Of a stretch of 64,000 nt of DNA, positions 9,196-18,280 are shown piece by piece. The notes beneath the pieces were generated by a model. The model made no database searches, was not told the DNA's origin, and was given only the letters and a program-made list of their open reading frames with translations. The number at the start of each line of letters is the position of its first letter. Position 1 is the first letter of the stretch. A program made the position numbers and the translations under genes. The stretch is from NCBI GenBank assembly GCA_024434115.1, contig QMIT01000006.1, forward strand, positions 202,211 to 266,210, read 5' to 3'. Origin of the DNA: Chloroflexota bacterium (lineage in GTDB: Bacteria; Chloroflexota; Anaerolineae; Aggregatilineales; J027).

Positions 9196-10452
9196 ATGAC
9201 CGCAGACCCTCAAACGCATCATGCCGTCTGGGAAGGCAACATTGAAGAGCTAAAAGGGCTGGTTTCAGAAAAAGCCTTTTCTGGCGAGAGCATGATTCTC
9301 AATATGGGGCCACAACACCCCAGCACGCACGGCGTTTTGCGTGTGATTCTTGAATTGGAAGGCGAAGAAGTCCTAAGCTGCATCCCCGATGTCGGCTTTC
9401 TCCATACGGGCATTGAAAAAAATATGGAGTACAAGACCTACGAGAAGTCCATCGTCATGACTGACCGCATGGATTATCTCAACCCGATGGGCAATGGTCT
9501 GGTCTACTGCCTTGCGATGGAAAAGTTGTTTGAACTCGATGTGCCCATGCGTGCCCAAATTGCCCGCGTGGTGTTGGCAGAACTGACCCGTATCAACAGC
9601 CATCTGGTTTGGATGGGCATTGGCGGGTTGGACTTGGGTGTGACCAGCACCATGACCTATGCCTTCCGTGAACGGGAAGTGCTGCTCGATATTTTTGAAC
9701 TGGTTTCCGGCCAGCGCATGATGAGCACCTATTTCCGTCCGGGTGGCCTCTGGCGTGATCTGCCGGATGAATTTGAAGGCGCTGTCCAAAATGTGTTGGA
9801 TACCTTCCCGGCCAAGATTGACGACTATGACAAAATCATCACCCAAAATCCTGTATTTGTTGACCGGACGCAGGGGATTGGATTCATCAGTGCCGAAGAT
9901 GCTGTCGCTTATGGGTTAACCGGGGCGGCCCTGCGTGGCTCAGGCGTCAATTGGGACATCCGCAAAGCCATGCCCTATTCTTCCTATGAGCAGTTTGAAT
10001 TTGATGTTCCGCTGGGGCAGCACGGCGACGTGTATGACCGTTTCATCGTGCGGATTGCCGAAATGCGCCAAAGCCTGCGGATTATCGAACAGGGCATGAA
10101 ACGCCTGCAAAAAGAAAAAGGGCCGTTCCGTTCGGACAATCGCAAATATGTGCCGCCGCCGCGTGCCGAACTTGGCCGCAGCATGGAAGCGGTCATTCAT
10201 CACTTCAAGCTGTGGACAGAAGGTTTCCGTCCACCCAAAGGCGAAGTATATGTTTCGATTGAAGGGCCACGCGGCGAATTGGGTTGCTTCCTCGCCAGCG
10301 ATGGATCACCCAACCCGATGCGGGTGCATTTCCGTACCCCATCGTTTGTCAATCTCAGCGCATTGGAAAAACTTTCCAAAAATCACATGATTGCCGACCT
10401 TGTAGGGATTATCGGCAGCATTGATATTGTGCTGGGGGACTGCGATAGATAA
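9196..10452 (+). CDS. nuoD: NADH-quinone oxidoreductase subunit D
   Basis: 49-kDa subunit motifs (NMGPQHPSTHGVLR, HTGIEK, ...DIVLGDCDR C-terminus). Confidence 0.95.
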   Translation: MTADPQTHHAVWEGNIEELKGLVSEKAFSGESMILNMGPQHPSTHGVLRVILELEGEEVLSCIPDVGFLHTGIEKNMEYKTYEKSIVMTDRMDYLNPMGNGLVYCLAMEKLFELDVPMRAQIARVVLAELTRINSHLVWMGIGGLDLGVTSTMTYAFREREVLLDIFELVSGQRMMSTYFRPGGLWRDLPDEFEGAVQNVLDTFPAKIDDYDKIITQNPVFVDRTQGIGFISAEDAVAYGLTGAALRGSGVNWDIRKAMPYSSYEQFEFDVPLGQHGDVYDRFIVRIAEMRQSLRIIEQGMKRLQKEKGPFRSDNRKYVPPPRAELGRSMEAVIHHFKLWTEGFRPPKGEVYVSIEGPRGELGCFLASDGSPNPMRVHFRTPSFVNLSALEKLSKNHMIADLVGIIGSIDIVLGDCDR

Positions 10453-10463
10453 GAAAGCAAAAG

Positions 10464-10487
10464 GGGGTGGGTCTGAGACCCTACCCC
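10464..10487. other. GC-rich hairpin in the 96-nt nuoD-nuoE spacer
   Basis: GGGGTGGGTC-tga-GACCC(T)ACCCC: 10-bp stem with one bulge. A-rich run on the 5' side (T-rich when read on the minus strand). Confidence 0.5.
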
Positions 10488-10548
10488 TACAAAAACAAAG
10501 ATGATTAGACGGGATGGGTAAGCCATCCAACATGCCGGAGAAAAGATT

Positions 10549-11040
10549 GTGCTGGCAGAAAAATACGCGGAACGTATCCACAAAATTTTCAGCAAATATC
10601 CTGACAAACGCTCGGCGGTAATGCCGCTGTTGTATGTCGCACAGGAAGAATTTGGCTGGGTATCACCCGAAGCCATTGAAGAAGTGGCTGTGCTGTGCGA
10701 AATTGACCCCACGCAGGTCAAAAGCATCGCGGGTTTTTACACGATGTATTCCGAAAAACCCAAAGGCAAATATTGGTTACAGGTGTGTACTGATTTTCCT
10801 TGTGCCCTGCGCGGCGCCGATCAATTCCATGAAGCGCTACTGCAACATCTTGGGATTGAAGAGGGCGGCACAACCGAGGACGGCATGTTCACCGTTGAGC
10901 ATGTGATGTGCCTTGCCGCGTGCGACAAAGCACCGATGCTGCAATGCAATTTCCACTATGTCGAAAATTTGGACATGGACAAGATGAAAGCATTGCTCGA
11001 TCAGTGGCGGGCCGACGCCAAAGATTCGGCTGCGGATTAA
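10549..11040 (+). CDS. nuoE: NADH-quinone oxidoreductase subunit E
   Basis: 24-kDa subunit pattern: four Cys of the 2Fe-2S site (VCTDFPC ... CLAACDKAP). GTG start. Confidence 0.9.
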   Translation: MLAEKYAERIHKIFSKYPDKRSAVMPLLYVAQEEFGWVSPEAIEEVAVLCEIDPTQVKSIAGFYTMYSEKPKGKYWLQVCTDFPCALRGADQFHEALLQHLGIEEGGTTEDGMFTVEHVMCLAACDKAPMLQCNFHYVENLDMDKMKALLDQWRADAKDSAAD

Positions 11041-11056
11041 TCGGAGCGTCTTCTAA

Positions 11057-11494
11057 ATGCCTTCTGCACCTGTTCGCCTGACCGTCAACGATTACGACGC
11101 CATCATGGAGTTATGGAAAGCCGCTGGATTGACCACCGTCAAACCCACCGGACGTGATTCCCGTGAAGCCTTTGAACAGCAGATGGCACGTGGGATTCAA
11201 GCCGTGATTGGGTTGTATGAAGGTGAGCAGTTGATTGGGCTGGTCATGGCGACCCATGATACTCGCAAAGGCTGGGTGAATCGTCTGGCGGTGCATCCCG
11301 ATTTTCGCGGACAGGGCATCGGTGGGCAGTTGGTGAAAGCCGCCGAGGAGTATCTGGCGTCCGAGGGCATTGGCATTTATGCCGCCATGATTGAGACCGA
11401 CAATGTTGCCAGCCTCGCCACTTTTAAGCGGGCAGGCTACCATGTCCATGAGGATATGGTGTACGTTACCAAACGGATAACCGATGGAATTTAG
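11057..11494 (+). CDS. GNAT-family N-acetyltransferase (inserted in the nuo operon)
   Basis: Acetyl-CoA motif A (LAVHPDFRGQGIGGQLVKAAEEY) and typical ~145-aa size. GGAG SD right after the nuoE stop. Confidence 0.8.
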   Translation: MPSAPVRLTVNDYDAIMELWKAAGLTTVKPTGRDSREAFEQQMARGIQAVIGLYEGEQLIGLVMATHDTRKGWVNRLAVHPDFRGQGIGGQLVKAAEEYLASEGIGIYAAMIETDNVASLATFKRAGYHVHEDMVYVTKRITDGI

Positions 11495-11990
11495 GCCAGA
11501 CCCAAGTGTAGATCAATACGATCAACGGGGCGCGGTTTGGGTAAGTTTGCCATTACTCATTATAGGATTCTTTTTAGTGGCATTTGCCCTTTTTAACGCG
11601 AAATGGCCTCCCGATTACCTCAATTCTGATCCCAGTCAGCGTGTCTCCCATTGGAATCGCATGATGGGTAAAGACAGGCCGATTTTTAATGGGGCAGAAA
11701 TTGAAGTGGAACGTCCCCCCGCTTACCTAGCGCGGCGTATGGTGGACGCAGTAGCCTATATCTCGGTAATGATTGGGGTACTACTGCTGTTGGGGCTGGC
11801 ATGGTGGGGCGAGCGTGTATTTTACCTCCCCCTGATGGTCATTGGATTGTATGGTCTTTTCTATTCGATTGGACTAGGGATTGTCATTGGGCCAATAGTC
11901 GCCATCGCGGGCTACACCCCAATCTTTTTGGGGGCCATCGTTGGCTGGTTGATGACAGATAAAAACACTGAAATAGGATTTACAGGATAG
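11484..11990 (+). CDS. Hypothetical integral membrane protein (inserted in the nuo operon)
   Basis: 168 aa with ~4 hydrophobic helices. Its ATG overlaps the GNAT gene end by 11 nt, and its stop lies 8 nt before the nuoF ATG. Confidence 0.6.
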   Translation: MEFRPDPSVDQYDQRGAVWVSLPLLIIGFFLVAFALFNAKWPPDYLNSDPSQRVSHWNRMMGKDRPIFNGAEIEVERPPAYLARRMVDAVAYISVMIGVLLLLGLAWWGERVFYLPLMVIGLYGLFYSIGLGIVIGPIVAIAGYTPIFLGAIVGWLMTDKNTEIGFTG

Positions 11991-11997
11991 GTTGGAC

Positions 11998-13329
11998 ATG
12001 GCATACATACTCTTGCGCGATTTGGACATTCCCGATATTGGCAAATTAGATGTATACACCGCCAATGAGGGATGGGAAGGCTTTAAAAAGGCCGTTACAC
12101 AGCATACCCCGGAGGAAGTCATCAATATTGTGATTGACTCCAATTTGCGCGGGCGTGGTGGCGCGGGGTTTAGCGCAGGCCGTAAATGGAGCTTTATCCC
12201 CAAAAATGAACCAGTGAAATATGTGGTGGTGAATGCCGACGAAAGCGAACCCGGCACTTTTAAAGATCGCCAGATTATGGAAAAGAACCCCTATCAACTC
12301 ATTGAAGGGGCGATGATCTGTGCCTATGCCATCCAAGCAACAGCGGTTTACATTTACTGCCGGGGTGAGTTTTGGGATTTGGCCCATAACCTCGAAGCCT
12401 GCATTGCCGAAGCCCGCCAGCAAAATTTGATCGGGCAAAACATCCTCGGCGGCAATTGGTCATGTGATATGTTTGTCCATCTCGGCGCGGGGGCGTACAT
12501 CTGCGGGGAAGAAAGCGCCCTGCTAAACAGTCTGCAAGGCTTCTTGGGTCAGCCGCGTGTCCGTCCACCCTTCCCAGCCCAAAAAGGCGGCGGTCTCTAT
12601 TATGAACCCACCGTCGTCAATAATGTTGAAACCCTTGCCAATGTGCCTTGGATCCTCGTCAACGGCGCGGCGGAATATAAAAAGATCGGCACACCTGAAA
12701 GCCCCGGCCCCAAGATTTTCAGCGTCAGTGGGCATGTGGCGCGTCCGGGTAATTATGAAGTGCCGTTGGGCACAACCTTCCGTGAACTGCTGTTTGATAA
12801 GGCGGGTGGCACGGGCACCAATAAAGCCTTTAAAGCCCTACTGCCCTCCGGTGCATCTGGCCCGGTCATCCCGGTGAATGAACAGATGTTGGATACACCC
12901 ATGACCTATGAGGCGCTTGGTAAATTGGGGTCAACGCTCGGCTCGGCCTCGTTCATTTTGATGGACGAAAGCACCGACATGGTGTGGGCCGCCTATAAGA
13001 TGATTAAATTCTTCAAGCATGAAAGCTGTGGCAAATGCACCCCTTGTCGTGAAGGTACACATTGGCTGGCGAAATTGATGGAACACGTCATTCATGGCGA
13101 AGCAACCATGCTTGATCTTGAAAAATTGGAAAATGTCGCCAAGCAAATGAATGGCAAGAGCCTGTGCGCCTTGAACGATTTTGCGATCAATCCCATTCTC
13201 GCCACCTTGAAACATTTCCGCAGCGAATACGTGGCCTATATCAAGACTCCTGCTCCTGCGGCCAAACCCAAACAGCCTGCCCCGATCAAAAAGCAGGTGG
13301 AAGAGGTAGCGGAGCCAGCGGGTGATTAA
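11998..13329 (+). CDS. nuoF: NADH-quinone oxidoreductase subunit F
   Basis: 51-kDa subunit motifs: GRGGAGF (NADH/FMN), ESEPGT, ESCGKCTPCREG (N3 4Fe-4S). ATG 11998 preferred over track TTG 11992. Confidence 0.95.
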   Translation: MAYILLRDLDIPDIGKLDVYTANEGWEGFKKAVTQHTPEEVINIVIDSNLRGRGGAGFSAGRKWSFIPKNEPVKYVVVNADESEPGTFKDRQIMEKNPYQLIEGAMICAYAIQATAVYIYCRGEFWDLAHNLEACIAEARQQNLIGQNILGGNWSCDMFVHLGAGAYICGEESALLNSLQGFLGQPRVRPPFPAQKGGGLYYEPTVVNNVETLANVPWILVNGAAEYKKIGTPESPGPKIFSVSGHVARPGNYEVPLGTTFRELLFDKAGGTGTNKAFKALLPSGASGPVIPVNEQMLDTPMTYEALGKLGSTLGSASFILMDESTDMVWAAYKMIKFFKHESCGKCTPCREGTHWLAKLMEHVIHGEATMLDLEKLENVAKQMNGKSLCALNDFAINPILATLKHFRSEYVAYIKTPAPAAKPKQPAPIKKQVEEVAEPAGD

Positions 13330-13586
13330 TGGCAAACACCGTAGATATGCGCTTGCGGCTGTTGAATCGGGCCATTGAGCAACACCCCGACGCTGCGGTA
13401 AACTACGTGCTGCGTGGGGAATACTGGCTTGCCACCGATGACCGCGCCGCCGCCCAAGCCGATTTTGAGCAGGCCATCTTGTTAGGCATGGTCGAGTTGG
13501 AAGCCAGCGACTGGGGTTATTTGCAGCAAGCCCTGATTGACCGCGCCCGACAAGGTTTGCGGCAGGCAGGTACAGGATTTTTTTGA
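13329..13586 (+). CDS. Small TPR-like hypothetical protein (inserted between nuoF and nuoG)
   Basis: 85 aa with a single TPR-like helix pair (YVLRGEYWLATDDRAAAQADFEQAI). Its ATG overlaps the nuoF stop (TAATG at 13327-13331). Confidence 0.55.
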   Translation: MANTVDMRLRLLNRAIEQHPDAAVNYVLRGEYWLATDDRAAAQADFEQAILLGMVELEASDWGYLQQALIDRARQGLRQAGTGFF

Positions 13587-13671
13587 GAATCCGCATCCCC
13601 CATTAAGTAGGGGAAATTGATTTTGAGAGAACATTGTAGAGGTTTTATAGCTCAAAAAAGGGCTGAGTAAA

Positions 13672-16254
13672 ATGGTAACAATTTATATAGATGGCGTAGG
13701 CTATGAAGTTCCGGCGGGGACAAACTTGGTAGATGTTGCCAAGTTCTATGCCGACAATGATATTCCTGTGTTCTGCTATCATCCTAAGATGACTCCAGTA
13801 GGCATGTGTCGCATGTGTCTGGTGGAGATGGGGTCGGTTGAGAAAGATAAAGAATCCGGTGCGGTGCTGTTGGATGAACAGGGCAGCCCGAAAATTCGCT
13901 GGATGCCCAAAATGCAAACCGCCTGTACCCAAACGGTCTATGACGGCCTTGCCATCCGCACCAACACCCAACAGGTCAAGGAAGCCCGCGAAGATATTGT
14001 CGAATTCCTGCTGACCAGCCACCCGCTCGACTGCCCAGTTTGTGATAAGGGCGGGGAATGCCCGCTGCAAAACCTGACCATGCGGCATGGGCCGGGAGTG
14101 TCGGTCTTCTATTTTGAGGACAAGCTGCACCTCGCCAAACATGTGCCACTGGGGGAGTTGATTTATCTTGACCGCGAACGCTGCATCCAATGTGCCCGCT
14201 GCATCCGCTTCTCGGACGAATTGGCTGGTGACGACGTATTGGCCTTCCATGAACGCGGACGGGCGCTGCAAATTATCACAGTCTCCGATCCACCTTTCGA
14301 CAGCAAATTCAGCGGCAACACCACCGATATTTGCCCGGTGGGTGCATTAACAACCGCCGACTTCCGCTTTGGGGCGCGTCCGTGGGAACTCAAAGAAGTG
14401 CCCAGCATTGACCCCTATGGCCCGGAAGGTGCGAATATCAGCCTCAGCACCCGCCTAGACCGCGATTCGGGTGGGGTCGTCATCATCAAACGGGTAATGC
14501 CGCGCCAGAACGAATATGTCAATGAAATTTGGATTTCCGATAAGACCCGCTTCGGTCATCATCACAGTCGCCATGCAGATCGTTTGGTCGCCCCACTGCA
14601 CCGTGAAAAGACCACCCTCGTTGAAACGACTTGGGACAAAGCCTTCAAACAGGTCATTGATAAATTGAAGGGTGCGGCCAGTGTTGGCGCGATTGCTGGC
14701 CCCGGTCTCTCCAATGAAGACCTGTGGGAACTGCGTCAACTGGTGCTGACAGCAGGTGGCAGCGAAAAATCATTGGGCATTTGGCCCGCCACGATGAGCG
14801 GCGGTGAAGTCGTCAAGCAGGTCGGCATTACCAAAGGGTCGACCTTCAATACGATGGGCAAGGGCACTGTCATTGTCCTCGTTGCTACCGACCTTGAAGA
14901 AGAAGCGCCCATTTGGTGGCTGCGTGCAAAAGCGGCCCGTGATCGTGGCGCGACGGTGGTCGTGTTGAATGGTCGCCCCACCAAGATGGATCGCTATGCC
15001 AAATTCTCGCTGCGTTATGACTATGGCGATGCGGTAGGTGCAGTCAACAGCCTGACGGCCCACATTGTCAACGGCAACCATCACAAAGCAGACCGCGCCG
15101 AAGGTTTTGCCGATTTGCAAAAGGCCCTCAAGAAGGTGAAGGCCGATGACCGTTACACCGCCGCTGCTGAAGCCATTGCAGATGCGGATAACGTGGTCGT
15201 GTTCTGTGGGGCGGAAGGCGTGACATTGGCCCAACATGCCGAATTGATGCAAGCCTGCGCCAACACGCTGACTTTGACCGGGCATGTCGGACGGGTAAAC
15301 AATGGCCTGATTCCCGTGTGGCCGGGTGCCAATACACAGGGCGCGATTGACTTGGGCTACACGGCTGAGGCCACCGCCGAACTGCTGCAAAATCCTCCAT
15401 CTGTGCTGATTTTGGCGGGCTGCAACCCTGTCGGGGAAGACATCGCCGCTGCCAATCTCAAGAACGCCGATTTTGTCATCGTCACCTCCCAATTTGACAC
15501 GGCCACAACGGAAATCGCCGATGTCGTGCTGCCCCAGCAAAGTTTTGCCGAGCGTGAAGGCACATTCACCAGCGGCGAACGACGGGTACAGCGGTTTTAT
15601 GCGGCGCAAGGGGTCATTGGGGAAAGCCTGCCCGATTGGAAGATTTTCACCCAAGTACGCCATGCTATTGATAAAACCACCGCCAAAGTGTCGGCGGGTG
15701 CGGTGATGGCAGAAATTACGAGATCAGTAGCGGCCTACAGCGAGATGGGCTATAAAAATCTCGCCCAAGTGGAACGCCAATTCCCGGACGTCGGCGGCAC
15801 CGACCAATATTATGGTGGAACCGCCTATCAAAACACGGGCGGCATTGGAGTCCAGTGGCCTGTATCAGCCGAAAACGTCGAGGCCAAGTTGAAGGTCGCC
15901 GCTGTTACTGCTGAAAAATCAAAGGCGAAGGGGCTGCTGGTTGTGCCCACGACCCTATTGTATGACCGGGGGATGCTGTTTGTCCGCAGTGAGATTATGT
16001 CCCTGCGTATTCCACCCGCCCATGCCAATTTCAACCCTGCCGATGCCCAAAAACTGAAACTTCAGGACGGGGACACGGTTGAAATGAATCTCGAAGGGGC
16101 AAGCCTCACCGTTCAGGTAATCATAAATGAAACGATTCCGGCGGGGGTGATTACCCTGCCCAAATGCCTAAGCGAGCAACCCGGCCCATTTGCGCCAATG
16201 GTCGCAGGCAGTATTGAAAAAGTTGCCCAAGCACTAGCTGCAACTGGGGATTAA
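13672..16254 (+). CDS. nuoG: NADH-quinone oxidoreductase subunit G
   Basis: N-terminal 2Fe-2S ferredoxin fold (CYHPKM...CRMCLVE), 4Fe-4S motifs (HPLDCPVCDKGGEC, CIQCARC), then a molybdopterin-oxidoreductase-like domain. Confidence 0.93.
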   Translation: MVTIYIDGVGYEVPAGTNLVDVAKFYADNDIPVFCYHPKMTPVGMCRMCLVEMGSVEKDKESGAVLLDEQGSPKIRWMPKMQTACTQTVYDGLAIRTNTQQVKEAREDIVEFLLTSHPLDCPVCDKGGECPLQNLTMRHGPGVSVFYFEDKLHLAKHVPLGELIYLDRERCIQCARCIRFSDELAGDDVLAFHERGRALQIITVSDPPFDSKFSGNTTDICPVGALTTADFRFGARPWELKEVPSIDPYGPEGANISLSTRLDRDSGGVVIIKRVMPRQNEYVNEIWISDKTRFGHHHSRHADRLVAPLHREKTTLVETTWDKAFKQVIDKLKGAASVGAIAGPGLSNEDLWELRQLVLTAGGSEKSLGIWPATMSGGEVVKQVGITKGSTFNTMGKGTVIVLVATDLEEEAPIWWLRAKAARDRGATVVVLNGRPTKMDRYAKFSLRYDYGDAVGAVNSLTAHIVNGNHHKADRAEGFADLQKALKKVKADDRYTAAAEAIADADNVVVFCGAEGVTLAQHAELMQACANTLTLTGHVGRVNNGLIPVWPGANTQGAIDLGYTAEATAELLQNPPSVLILAGCNPVGEDIAAANLKNADFVIVTSQFDTATTEIADVVLPQQSFAEREGTFTSGERRVQRFYAAQGVIGESLPDWKIFTQVRHAIDKTTAKVSAGAVMAEITRSVAAYSEMGYKNLAQVERQFPDVGGTDQYYGGTAYQNTGGIGVQWPVSAENVEAKLKVAAVTAEKSKAKGLLVVPTTLLYDRGMLFVRSEIMSLRIPPAHANFNPADAQKLKLQDGDTVEMNLEGASLTVQVIINETIPAGVITLPKCLSEQPGPFAPMVAGSIEKVAQALAATGD

Positions 16255-16259
16255 ATGCC

Positions 16260-17615
16260 ATGATGGACTTTCTTGAACAACTCTTAATGGGGCCAAATGA
16301 CCCCAACTCAATTGTTACGTGTTCCAGCAATTCGACCTGCTCGACGGTTCATGCCATCGTCACAACCTTGTTGGTCTTTTTTGTGCTGCTGACTGGGTTC
16401 GCCTATACCACTGTGCTGGAACGCCGCTTCATCAGTTTTATGCAATCCCGGCTTGGGCCAAATCGTGCTGGCCCCAAAGGTCTGCTGCAACCCGTGTCGG
16501 AAGGGGTAAAGCTGATCTTTAAGGAAGAAATCATTCCCGATGGCGCGGATCGAGCCGTTTATTCCTTTGCCCCGCTGCTCAAACTCGTCCCATCATTGAT
16601 TGTCTTGGCCGTTGTGCCGCTCGGCCCCAATGTTTACATTCCTTGGTTTGACGACAAGTGGTACGAGATGGCGCAGGGTTTCACCGATGTCAATGTCGGG
16701 GTACTGTGGCTGTTGGCCGTGACCAGCATCAGCGTCTATGGCATCACCCTTGCCGGCTGGGCCAGCAATAACAAATATGCGTTGTTGGGTGCGTTGCGGG
16801 CCAGTGCCAGCATGATTAGTTATGAACTCAGCCTCGGAACGGTTTTTGCCGTGCCGATTATGTTGGCAGGTTCGATGAGCATTGGCGACATCATTGGCGA
16901 ACAATCAGGCCTGTTCCTCAAATGGTTCATTTTCCAGAACCCTCTTGCCGCGATTATTATGTTTATCGCGCTGATGGCCGAAATCAGCCGTGCGCCGTTT
17001 GATATGCCCGAAGCCGAGCAGGAATTGGTAGCAGGCCATATCACCGAATACAGCGGAATGAAGTTCGCCATGTTCTTCCTTGCCGAATACGTCAACATGA
17101 TTGGCATCTCGGTCATTTTCGTCACCATGTTTATGGGTGGCTATCACGACGGCTTCGGATTGGTACAAGGTGCGCCGCTCTTAGCTCTGCCAGTGTTAAT
17201 CGGTAAGGTCATCCCCTTCCTGATTATTATGGTCTGGGTGCGAGGGAGCATCTTCCGCCCCCGTTATGACCGCCTGATGGCCTTTGGGTGGAAAGTCCTG
17301 CTGCCCCTCTCAATGCTGGCCGTCGCATGGACAGCCGTTTCAATTGTGATCGAGCAAGAAGGTGGCTCCACGGCCTATCTGATTTCGGTGGCAATCCTCT
17401 TTGTGATCGTCGGTGCGTTGGGCTATCTGTTTAATCGCAGCACCACGCCGGAAACCGTGCTTAACATAGACGAAGTTGAATCAGAAAAACTCGGCTTCGG
17501 CTATTATGTGCTGCAATTTGTGGGAGGTATCCTGTCCATCCCGTTTGTGGCCTATGAAGCCGCCAAGAATCTCCGACCCGGTGGTTCCAAAAAAGAAGCC
17601 AAAGCAAAATCATAG
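16260..17615 (+). CDS. nuoH: NADH-quinone oxidoreductase subunit H (with N- and C-terminal extensions)
   Basis: Conserved ERRFISFMQSRLGPNR, YELS, APFDMPEAEQELVAG, EYS. 451 aa against ~330-365 typical. Confidence 0.93.
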   Translation: MMDFLEQLLMGPNDPNSIVTCSSNSTCSTVHAIVTTLLVFFVLLTGFAYTTVLERRFISFMQSRLGPNRAGPKGLLQPVSEGVKLIFKEEIIPDGADRAVYSFAPLLKLVPSLIVLAVVPLGPNVYIPWFDDKWYEMAQGFTDVNVGVLWLLAVTSISVYGITLAGWASNNKYALLGALRASASMISYELSLGTVFAVPIMLAGSMSIGDIIGEQSGLFLKWFIFQNPLAAIIMFIALMAEISRAPFDMPEAEQELVAGHITEYSGMKFAMFFLAEYVNMIGISVIFVTMFMGGYHDGFGLVQGAPLLALPVLIGKVIPFLIIMVWVRGSIFRPRYDRLMAFGWKVLLPLSMLAVAWTAVSIVIEQEGGSTAYLISVAILFVIVGALGYLFNRSTTPETVLNIDEVESEKLGFGYYVLQFVGGILSIPFVAYEAAKNLRPGGSKKEAKAKS

Positions 17616-17644
17616 TCGGTACGGGTAAGTAAAGGGTAGACACA

Positions 17645-18139
17645 ATGGGTTTGATTAATGGATTGATGACCACCATCAAGCATGTGCTTCAGGAAAAGGC
17701 GACCTTTCAGTATCCTGAAATTGAACGGCCTGTGCGCGAACGCTATAAGGGCCGCCATGCGTTGAAGCGTTATGAAAATGGGATGGAAAAATGTATCGGG
17801 TGTGCGCTGTGTGCCGCCGCCTGCCCTGCCGATGCCATCTGGGTTGAGGCCGCCGAAAACACCGATGATGAGCGTTATAGCCCCGGTGAACGTTATGCCA
17901 AAACCTATGAAATCAACATGCTGCGCTGCATCTTCTGTGGGTATTGCGAAGACGCCTGCCCCACTGAAGCCATTGTATTGGAACATGAATACAAATTGAG
18001 CTTCACGGATCGGCGCGACTCGATTTACACCAAAGATGTGTTGATTGATCCGGTGCCGCCGGGGGGTCAAGATACACCCCATCAGGTGGAGCCACACAGC
18101 TATGATCGGCCCATTCCAGACATGGAAAATCCGAAATAA
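17645..18139 (+). CDS. nuoI: NADH-quinone oxidoreductase subunit I
   Basis: Two 4Fe-4S ferredoxin motifs (CIGCALCAAACP, CIFCGYCEDACP). Confidence 0.95.
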   Translation: MGLINGLMTTIKHVLQEKATFQYPEIERPVRERYKGRHALKRYENGMEKCIGCALCAAACPADAIWVEAAENTDDERYSPGERYAKTYEINMLRCIFCGYCEDACPTEAIVLEHEYKLSFTDRRDSIYTKDVLIDPVPPGGQDTPHQVEPHSYDRPIPDMENPK

Positions 18140-18151
18140 CCGAATCTGATT

Positions 18152-18177
18152 CCCCTCTCCGGAAGGTTGGCGAGGGG
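18152..18177. repeat. CCCCTCTCC...GAGGGG palindromic GC-rich repeat unit in the nuoI-nuoJ spacer
   Basis: CCCCTC-tccggaaggttggc-GAGGGG. Same family as the cluster at 41519-41765. Confidence 0.6.
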
Positions 18178-18280
18178 CTTTATATCGGCTAGTAAAACTT
18201 GAATTTCGTTAATTTGGCGTTGGAACAAGATTGCGATAAACTTCACGGGTCTGACGCCATAATCTACAGGACATTTTTGA

